A program made the position numbers and the translations under genes. The notes beneath the pieces are model-generated. The model saw nothing but the letters and a program-made list of their open reading frames with translations. It had not been told where the DNA came from and did not search any database. Of a stretch of DNA of 64,000 bases, positions 58,289-64,000 are shown in pieces. The stretch's first letter is position 1, and each line of letters starts with the position of its first letter. The stretch comes from Mycobacteriales bacterium. Lineage in GTDB: Bacteria; Actinomycetota; Actinomycetes; Mycobacteriales; QHCD01. The stretch is from assembly GCA_036497565.1 (NCBI GenBank), contig DASXJE010000046.1:15929-79928 (forward strand), given 5' to 3'.

Positions 58289-60607
58289 ATGACCGACCTG
58301 TCCGCCCGCCCGCCGACCGGAGAGGCTGCCCCGGGCGTGGCGCTGCGCCCGGGTGGAACGTCCCGTCCGGCGGCGGTGGGGTTCGTTCCGGTCGCGGCCA
58401 AGCTACGCAGGCCACGGAGTCGGGACGGGCTGGTGCTGCGCCGCACGTCGGCCCACCTGTTGACGGCATCGGCCGAGCAGTCGGTGATCCTCGTGGCCGC
58501 CCCGTCCGGCTACGGCAAGACCACTCTGCTGACGCAGTGGGCGGACCGCGAGTCGCGGCCGGTCGCCTGGGTCAGCTTGGAGGACTCCGACAACGACCCC
58601 GGCGTCTTTCTCGCCTACCTCCTGCTTGCGCTCGAGACGGTGCAGCCGCTGGATCCCGCCGTCGCCGCCGCACTGCGGACCGGGGGTACGGCGGTCTTCT
58701 CGACCGCACTCCCGCGCCTCGGTCGCGCGCTGATGCAGCTGCCGCCGTTCGTGCTCATGCTCGACGACGCCCACCGGCTCACCGATCCGGTCTGCCTGGA
58801 CGTCCTGACGCTGCTGTTCCGGCACCTGCCGGCGGGGTCACAGGTGGTGCTCGCGGCCCGCGGCCGGCCCGGGCTGCCATGGGGGCGGTTGCGCGCGCAG
58901 GGCCGGGTGCGCCAGGTCGGGACGATGGAGTTGACCCTGTCTCTGGACGAGGGCCGGGCCCTGCTCGCCGCCCAGGGACTCAACCTGCACAGCGATGACG
59001 CCGTCGCATTGATGCGCCGTACGGAGGGCTGGCCGGCCGGACTGCACCTGGCCGCTCTCACGATCCGGGCCGGCGGCGGCGGCGAGGACTCGGTCGCCCG
59101 GTTCCTCGGCGACGAGACCCTGCTCGCCGACTACCTGCGCGACGACCTGCTGGCTCGCACGACCCCGGACCAGCAGGCCTTCCTGACCCGCACATCCATC
59201 CTGGCGACCGTCTCGCCGGAGCTCTGCGACGCCGTACTGCAGACGCACGGGTCGGGGTCGACGCTGCGCGAGCTCGCCGAGTCGGACATGTTCCTCGCGC
59301 CGATGGATCAGCACCAGAAGCGGTTCCGCTACCACGGGCTCTTCGCTCGGATGCTCCGCAGCGAACTGCGCCAGCGCGAGCCCGAGGCCGAGGTCGGCCT
59401 GCACGCCCGGGCCAGCGAGTGGTTGGCCGAGCACGGGGACATGGACGAGGCGATCACGCACGCGCATGCGGCCGGCGATCTGAACAGGGCAGCGGAACTG
59501 GTGTGGTCGCAGGTGCCGTGGCGACTCGGTCACGGGGAATGGGCCACGCTGGAGACCTGGGTGGCCGGCTTCGCCGCCGACGAGGTTCTCGCCCAGCCCC
59601 TGCTGGCGCTGGCCGCGGCCTGGTGCGCCGTACCGGCCGGACGGGACATCGAGCCGTGGCTGGCGGCCGCCGAACGCGCGGACGAACACGCGGACGCGGC
59701 GCAGGACACCGGCCCGCTGACCTCGGCGGTCGCGTTGCTGCGCGCGACGCTGGCCGCCGACGGCATCGACCGGATGCGCCAGGACGCCGAGCTCGCCGAG
59801 CAACTGCAGGCTCCGGAGGATCCCTGGCGCAGCCTCGCGCTGTTCTACCAGGGCGTCGCGGCACAGCTGTCCGGGGAACCCGCGGCCGGCCAGGCCCTGT
59901 TCGAGCAGGCGGAGCAGCTGGCGACCGCCCTCGACGTCGGACCACCGCACGCGCTGAGCCTCGCCCAGCTCTCGCTGGAGGCACTGGACCGGGGCGCGTG
60001 GACCGGTGCCGAGGAGCTGGCCGCCCGGGGCGTGGAGGTCGTCGAGCGTTACGGACTGCAGGACATGGCCTCGATGGGCCCGGTGGCCTGCGTCTCCGCC
60101 CTGATGCTGGCCCACCGCGGCGAGCTCGACCAGGCCCGCGCGCAGGTACGCCGCGCCCGACGCCAGATCGCGGTCATCACCCAGGTGGCGCCGTGGCTGG
60201 CTGTGGAGGCCCGCGTCGTACTCGCCCGGACCTACCTGTTGCTGGGCGACCCGGCCGCCGCGCGGGTGCTGCTCTCCGAAGGACAGAACCTCGTCTCGCA
60301 GGTGCCCGACGGTCCGGTCCTGCAGGAGTGGCTGGACGACGGCTGGCGCATGGTGCAGCGGATGCCGGTGACCACGGCGCTGGGCCCGTCCGCGCTGACC
60401 GCCGCCGAGCTGCGCGTGGTGCAGTACCTGCCGACGCACCTGTCCTTCGAGGAGATCGGCCGGCGGCTCTTCCTGTCCCGCAACACCGTCAAGACGCAGG
60501 CGATCTCGGCCTACCGCAAGCTCGGGGTGAGTTCACGCGCCGACGCGGTCGAGCAGGCGCAGGCCTTCGGCGTACTCCGGTACGGCGATCCGGCAACGGC
60601 GGGGTGA
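58289..60607 (+). CDS. Large ATP-binding LuxR-family (LAL/MalT-like STAND) transcriptional regulator, 772 aa
   Basis: Residue 13 (ATG) of ORF 58253..60607, with GAGGGGG upstream. P-loop VAAPSGYGKTTLL, TPR-like helical middle, C-terminal LuxR HTH LSFEEIGRRLFLSRNTVKTQAISAYRKLGV. Confidence 0.85.
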   Translation: MTDLSARPPTGEAAPGVALRPGGTSRPAAVGFVPVAAKLRRPRSRDGLVLRRTSAHLLTASAEQSVILVAAPSGYGKTTLLTQWADRESRPVAWVSLEDSDNDPGVFLAYLLLALETVQPLDPAVAAALRTGGTAVFSTALPRLGRALMQLPPFVLMLDDAHRLTDPVCLDVLTLLFRHLPAGSQVVLAARGRPGLPWGRLRAQGRVRQVGTMELTLSLDEGRALLAAQGLNLHSDDAVALMRRTEGWPAGLHLAALTIRAGGGGEDSVARFLGDETLLADYLRDDLLARTTPDQQAFLTRTSILATVSPELCDAVLQTHGSGSTLRELAESDMFLAPMDQHQKRFRYHGLFARMLRSELRQREPEAEVGLHARASEWLAEHGDMDEAITHAHAAGDLNRAAELVWSQVPWRLGHGEWATLETWVAGFAADEVLAQPLLALAAAWCAVPAGRDIEPWLAAAERADEHADAAQDTGPLTSAVALLRATLAADGIDRMRQDAELAEQLQAPEDPWRSLALFYQGVAAQLSGEPAAGQALFEQAEQLATALDVGPPHALSLAQLSLEALDRGAWTGAEELAARGVEVVERYGLQDMASMGPVACVSALMLAHRGELDQARAQVRRARRQIAVITQVAPWLAVEARVVLARTYLLLGDPAAARVLLSEGQNLVSQVPDGPVLQEWLDDGWRMVQRMPVTTALGPSALTAAELRVVQYLPTHLSFEEIGRRLFLSRNTVKTQAISAYRKLGVSSRADAVEQAQAFGVLRYGDPATAG

Positions 60608-60613
60608 TGCACG

Positions 60614-62062
60614 GTGAGCGACTCTGCAGGCTCGCTGCCCCAGGTACAGAACCCGCTCACCCTGCTGCGGTCCCGCAGCTACCTGGCACTGCTGCTGATC
60701 GCCGCGGTCCTCGGCGTACCGATCTCGGTGGTCGCCTACTACTTCCTGCAGCTGACCACCCACATGCAGACGTGGCTGTTCACCGATCTCCCGAAGGGGG
60801 TCGGATTCCACGGCGTACCGACCTGGTGGCCGGCGCCGGTGCTCGCGGTGGGCGGATTGCTGGTCGCGCTGACGATCCGCTACCTGCCGGGTAAGGGCGG
60901 CGCGTCGCCCGCGGACGGCTTCAAGGTGCACGGTGCGCCGACCGCGATCCAGCTGCCGAGCGTCATCCTCGCGTCGGTGCTCACCCTCGGCTTCGGGGCG
61001 GTCCTCGGCCCGGAGGCACCGCTGATCGCCATCGGCGCCGGACTTGCCGCCTGGTCGATCCGGCTGATCAAGCGCGGGGCAAACGCGCAGGCCGTGGCCG
61101 TGGTCGGCGCCGCGGGGAGCTTCGCCGCGATCAGCACGCTGCTGGGTTCGCCACTGCTCGGCGCGTTCCTGCTGATGGAAGCATCCGGGCTCGGTGGCGC
61201 GACCGCGTCGCTCGTACTGGTGCCGGGACTGTTGTCGGCCGGGATCGGTTCGTTGGTGTTCATCGGGCTGGACTCATTGACCGGACTCGGCAAGACGTCC
61301 CTCTCGATCCCCAACCTGCCGCCCTTCACCCGGCCCGACGTCGCCGAATTCGGCTGGGCGTTCGCCATCGGACTGGCCGCGGCCATCGTCGGTCTCGGGA
61401 TCCATCGTCTCGGTCTGTGGATGCGGACGCCGGTGGAGCGGCGCCTGCTGATCGCCGCACCGATCGTCGGGTTGATCGTCGCGGGCCTCGCGATCGCCTA
61501 CTTCGAAGGGAGCGGCCATCCCTCCTCCGAAGTGCTCTTCTCCGGCCAGGCGGACCTGGGTCCGCTGATACTGCACAGCAGCGCCTATACGGCCGGCGCG
61601 CTGGCGCTACTCGTCGCCTGCAAGAGCATCGCCTACGGCGCATCGTTGAGTACGTTCCGCGGCGGCCCGATCTTCCCGGCGATGTTCATCGGTGGAGCGG
61701 GCGGGATCCTGATGTCGCATCTGCCAGGGCTGCCGCTCGTCCCGGCAGTGGCGATGGGGATCGGCGCGATGTGCGTGTCGATGCTGCGGCTGCCGTTCAC
61801 GTCGGTGTTACTGGCCACGCTGTTGCTCTACTCCGACGGCGTGGCAGCCATGCCGCTGGTGATCCTTGCGGTGGTGGTCGCCCACGTGGCGTCCGCCCAT
61901 CTCAACCCGGTCCCGGATACGCCGGCTCCGGCTCCCGAGCCGGCGCCGCCGGCCCCCGCGGGGCACCCGAATGGCTCATCCGGTCGGGATGATGCCCCGC
62001 TCGTCCCGGGCCGCGCAGGCTCGGGCGACACCACCAATCCGGAGGTAGCTCATGATGGCTGA
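60614..62062 (+). CDS. ClC-family voltage-gated chloride channel/antiporter homologue, 482 aa
   Basis: ORF 60614..62062, GTG start 7 nt after the regulator stop. ClC signature-like segments GKGGASP, GPEAPL and RGGPIFPAMFIG. Confidence 0.87.
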   Translation: MSDSAGSLPQVQNPLTLLRSRSYLALLLIAAVLGVPISVVAYYFLQLTTHMQTWLFTDLPKGVGFHGVPTWWPAPVLAVGGLLVALTIRYLPGKGGASPADGFKVHGAPTAIQLPSVILASVLTLGFGAVLGPEAPLIAIGAGLAAWSIRLIKRGANAQAVAVVGAAGSFAAISTLLGSPLLGAFLLMEASGLGGATASLVLVPGLLSAGIGSLVFIGLDSLTGLGKTSLSIPNLPPFTRPDVAEFGWAFAIGLAAAIVGLGIHRLGLWMRTPVERRLLIAAPIVGLIVAGLAIAYFEGSGHPSSEVLFSGQADLGPLILHSSAYTAGALALLVACKSIAYGASLSTFRGGPIFPAMFIGGAGGILMSHLPGLPLVPAVAMGIGAMCVSMLRLPFTSVLLATLLLYSDGVAAMPLVILAVVVAHVASAHLNPVPDTPAPAPEPAPPAPAGHPNGSSGRDDAPLVPGRAGSGDTTNPEVAHDG

Positions 62063-62447
62063 CGCAGGCGGATCCCCGTCCGTGAGCAAGGACACCGAGG
62101 ACATTCTGCTCGGCTTGTCCGCCGGTGACGTCGCCGTACTCGAGGCGCTCGAGATGCGTGAGGCGCAACAGGACCGCACCGGCCTCGACGCCCGGACGTT
62201 CGCCCTCGTGAAGATCGCTGCGCTGATCGCGCTCGACGCGCCACCGGCGTCGTACATGTGGCAGGTTGCGAACGCTCTCGCCGTCGGCGCGACGCCGGAG
62301 GACATCCTCGGCGTGATGCGCGCGATCGCACCGCAGATCGGCCTGCCGAAGGTCGTCGCCGCCGCGCCGGAGATCATGGTCGCGCTCGGACTGAGCCTGC
62401 CGGGCGAGGACGACGGGACCCCGTCACCCAACGGCGGCGGACGGTAA
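62052..62447 (+). CDS. Carboxymuconolactone decarboxylase (AhpD-like) family protein, 131 aa
   Basis: ORF 62052..62447, overlapping the ClC 3' end by 11 nt. All-helical CMD-like sequence (DARTFALVKIAALIALDAPPASY...EDILGVMRAIAPQIG). No CxxC motif. Confidence 0.75.
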   Translation: MMADAGGSPSVSKDTEDILLGLSAGDVAVLEALEMREAQQDRTGLDARTFALVKIAALIALDAPPASYMWQVANALAVGATPEDILGVMRAIAPQIGLPKVVAAAPEIMVALGLSLPGEDDGTPSPNGGGR

Positions 62448-62632
62448 TGCTGCGCCGCAGGCGCACTCTGCTGCGGGCCGCCGCGGTCGGCGGAGCGGCG
62501 TACCACGTCGGGAAGAAGCGGGCGCAGCGCAACGACACCGAGGCCGAGCAGAACGCGAAGGTCACGCAGGTCGAGCAACAGCAGCAGATGAGCCAGCCGT
62601 CGGCGACCCCCGGCGCCCCACCGATCGGCTAG
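62447..62632 (+). CDS. Hypothetical small protein, 61 aa (MLRRRRTLLRAAAVGGAAYHVGKKRAQRNDTEAEQ...)
   Basis: Residue 64 (ATG) of ORF 62258..62632. TAATG overlap with the CMD stop. Basic/hydrophobic N-terminus, then a polar Gln-rich tail. Coding status unproven. Confidence 0.4.
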   Translation: MLRRRRTLLRAAAVGGAAYHVGKKRAQRNDTEAEQNAKVTQVEQQQQMSQPSATPGAPPIG

Positions 62633-62656
62633 CCGCAGCCGCTGTCCCCGCGGCCC

Positions 62657-62845
62657 GACCAAAACGCACTCCTAGTGCGTTTTGGTCGTGTGGCACGGCG
62701 TGTCGCGGACCACAACGCACTAGGAGTGCGTTTTGGTCACCGCGGTGAGCGGCCACCCCGTGGACAAAACCCACTAGTAGTGGGTTTTGGACGTGTCGTA
62801 CGGCGTGTCGTGGTCCACAACCCACTAGTAGTGGGTTTTGTCCAC
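62657..62845. repeat. Four low-GC palindromic hairpins in two related two-hairpin units (possible stacked bidirectional terminators or a palindromic repeat element)
   Basis: - H1 62657-62687: GACCAAAACGCACT-CCT-AGTGCGTTTTGGTC.
- H2 62708-62738: GACCACAACGCACT-AGG-AGTGCGTTTTGGTC.
- H3 62765-62789: CAAAACCCACT-AGT-AGTGGGTTTTG.
- H4 62816-62840: CCACAACCCACT-AGT-AGTGGGTTTTG.
- H1-H2 and H3-H4 are each 51 bp apart, with GTGTCG-rich spacers. Confidence 0.85.
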
Positions 62846-64000
62846 CGGGTCCACGGGGTCAACGGCGGCGGTGGAGTCGTGCGCGAGGAGGTCGGCGTAC
62901 GGGCCGGGCGTTTGAGCGAGGTCCGCGGGCCGCCCGCGTTGCACCACCCGGCCGGAGTCGAGTACGAGCACCTCGTCCACGCCGTCCAGCCCGGCAAGGC
63001 GGTGGGTCACCAACAGCACCGCCCGGTCGCGCCCGGCCGCCAGCAGATCCGCGGTCACGGCCTCGGCCGTCGCCGGGTCGAGCGCCGCGGTCGGTTCGTC
63101 GAGCAGCAGTACAGGACGCCGGGCGAGCAGTGCGCGGGCGAGCGCGAGCCGGGTGCGTTCCCCACCCGACATCCGTGCGCCGCGTTCGCCGACGTAGGTG
63201 TCGACGCCCTCGGGCAGACTGCGCACCCACTCGGTCAGACGGGCCTGGTGCATGGCGTCCCAGAGTTCCTCCTCCGTCGCGTCGGGACGTGCCAGGCGCA
63301 GGTTCTCGCGCACGGTCGAGTCGAAGATGTGCGCGTCGCCTGCGACGTGCCCGATCCGCATCCGCACGTCATCCGCCGACGCGGCGAGGACATCCGTGCC
63401 GTCGAGGACGTAGTCCCCGCCCGACACGTCGACGAAGCGCAGCAGCGCCGCAGCAAGGGTGGTCTTGCCCGCGCCGGTCGGCCCGACGACGGCGACCCGG
63501 CGACCAGGACCCAGGTCGAGATCCACCCCGGACACGCCGCGCGGCCGATCGTCATCCGGAGCATCGGGGTCGGCCGGCCACCGCGCAGTCAGCCGGCGCA
63601 CCGCGATTCGGCCGGGACCGTCCGCGACCGGCACCGGCACCGCCGGCGAAGCGACCGGCACCGGCGCGTCGAGTACGTCGGCCAGCCGCCCGGCCGACGT
63701 ACGCACCCGTGACCACACCGACAACGCGGGCGCGATCGCCGACACCGCCTCCCAGGTCGCGAGCGGGAGCAGGACCACCACTGCCAGGTCGACGCCGCGC
63801 AGCGTCCCGGACCGTACGGCGGGGATCCCGACCTCGACCATGCCCCAGACGGCGAGTCCGCCGACGAGGGCCGCGAGCCCTGCGCCGATGCCTTCGACCC
63901 GCCCGGTGGCGCGGGCGACCCGGGAGAGCTCGGCGTCGGCGTCCTCGGCGCGGGCCAGCCATTGCCGGTCGGCGCCGCACGCGACGAGATCCGGTGCCGC
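62825..64000 (-). CDS. ABC exporter, fused TMD-NBD, CydC/CydD-like; 5' end lies beyond the window end
   Basis: ORF 62825..63841, and I checked by hand that the frame stays open upstream to base 64000. Walker A GPTGAGKTT, signature MSGGERTR, Walker B LLLDEPTAALD. The CydC/CydD subtype is only a guess. Confidence 0.85.
   Translation of the reverse strand, partial: AAPDLVACGADRQWLARAEDADAELSRVARATGRVEGIGAGLAALVGGLAVWGMVEVGIPAVRSGTLRGVDLAVVVLLPLATWEAVSAIAPALSVWSRVRTSAGRLADVLDAPVPVASPAVPVPVADGPGRIAVRRLTARWPADPDAPDDDRPRGVSGVDLDLGPGRRVAVVGPTGAGKTTLAAALLRFVDVSGGDYVLDGTDVLAASADDVRMRIGHVAGDAHIFDSTVRENLRLARPDATEEELWDAMHQARLTEWVRSLPEGVDTYVGERGARMSGGERTRLALARALLARRPVLLLDEPTAALDPATAEAVTADLLAAGRDRAVLLVTHRLAGLDGVDEVLVLDSGRVVQRGRPADLAQTPGPYADLLAHDSTAAVDPVDPVDKTHY

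Noticed and set aside
62657-62845. CRISPR array interpretation of the four ~28-bp palindromic repeats, and likewise of the three hairpin units at 55467-55691.
   Set aside because: - The spacers are only about 20-26 nt and resemble each other (GTGTCG-rich).
- There are only 3-4 repeats, and they differ from one another.
- No cas genes or leader are present in the window.
- The 55.5-kb units are 82-bp hairpins without unique spacers.
62657-62845. Integron attC recombination sites (imperfect palindromes of similar size).
   Set aside because: The ends do not fit the RYYYAAC / GTTRRRY core and inverse-core consensus. There is also no integrase or attI nearby.
62675-63712. ORF 62675..63712 + (345 aa), whose N-terminus has repeated peptide segments (NALGVRFG / NPLVVGFG).
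   Set aside because: The repeated peptide simply comes from reading through the palindromic DNA repeats. The remainder is antisense to the well-supported ABC exporter NBD.
1-64000. Scan for tRNA, rRNA, transposases, integrases, phage genes and toxin-antitoxin pairs.
   Set aside because: I could not recognise any T-loop-like GGTTCGAATCC motifs, rRNA-like segments or IS, integrase or phage protein signatures in any of the six frames. Absence is by eye only; tRNAscan or Infernal would be decisive.

Overview
Very GC-rich actinobacterial chromosome segment, almost entirely coding. I saw no rRNA, tRNA, transposase, phage or recognisable defence genes.

**Gene content by region**
- **1-12.3 kb, minus strand:** a complete division/cell-wall (dcw) cluster: mraZ, a possible small ORF, rsmH, ftsL-like, ftsI, murE, murF, mraY, murD, ftsW, murG. 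murG runs off the window start. Most junctions are 4-nt start/stop overlaps.
- **12.5-17.3 kb:** a MoxR ATPase / DUF58 / transglutaminase trio, divergent from mraZ.
- **17.4-34.4 kb:** housekeeping block: DUF3040, dinB, a tightly coupled cysteine desulfurase-mnmA-MetE-like-methyltransferase operon, an MFS transporter, etfBA, methyltransferases, a Tat-signal aldose epimerase, a CysK-like enzyme, a hexapeptide acyltransferase, cspA, an enoyl-CoA hydratase and a lone ABC ATPase.
- **34.4-41.2 kb:** alpha-glucan genes glgX and glgP, an SMP-30-like lactonase and a PHP protein.
- **41.3-47.8 kb:** fatty-acid synthase cluster: PucR-type regulator, fabD, fabH, acpP, fabF and an AccD6-like carboxyltransferase.
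- **47.8-64 kb:** more accessory-looking. It holds DUF3145, DUF1059, an orphan solute-binding lipoprotein, an ArsP-like permease, a two-component system, a GH-A-like secreted protein, a beta-propeller lactonase, an SF2 helicase, DUF1269, a LuxR/STAND-ClC-CMD-small ORF operon, and a CydC-like ABC exporter that runs off the window end.

**Most unusual observations**
1. A tandem array of three 82-bp units at 55.47-55.69 kb. Each unit is a 23-15-23 hairpin with compensatory arm changes. A diverged copy lies at 37.5 kb.
2. Four low-GC palindromic hairpins at 62.66-62.85 kb, also with compensatory changes. They sit between convergent genes and supply the last codons and the stop of the ABC exporter.
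3. FabD carries a C-terminal biotin-carrier-like domain that contains no lysine.
4. The 516-bp mraZ-rsmH gap holds a high-GC3 tail-anchored small ORF.

I could not identify a clear multi-gene novel system such as a defence island. All functional calls come from reading motifs by eye, with no database searches.
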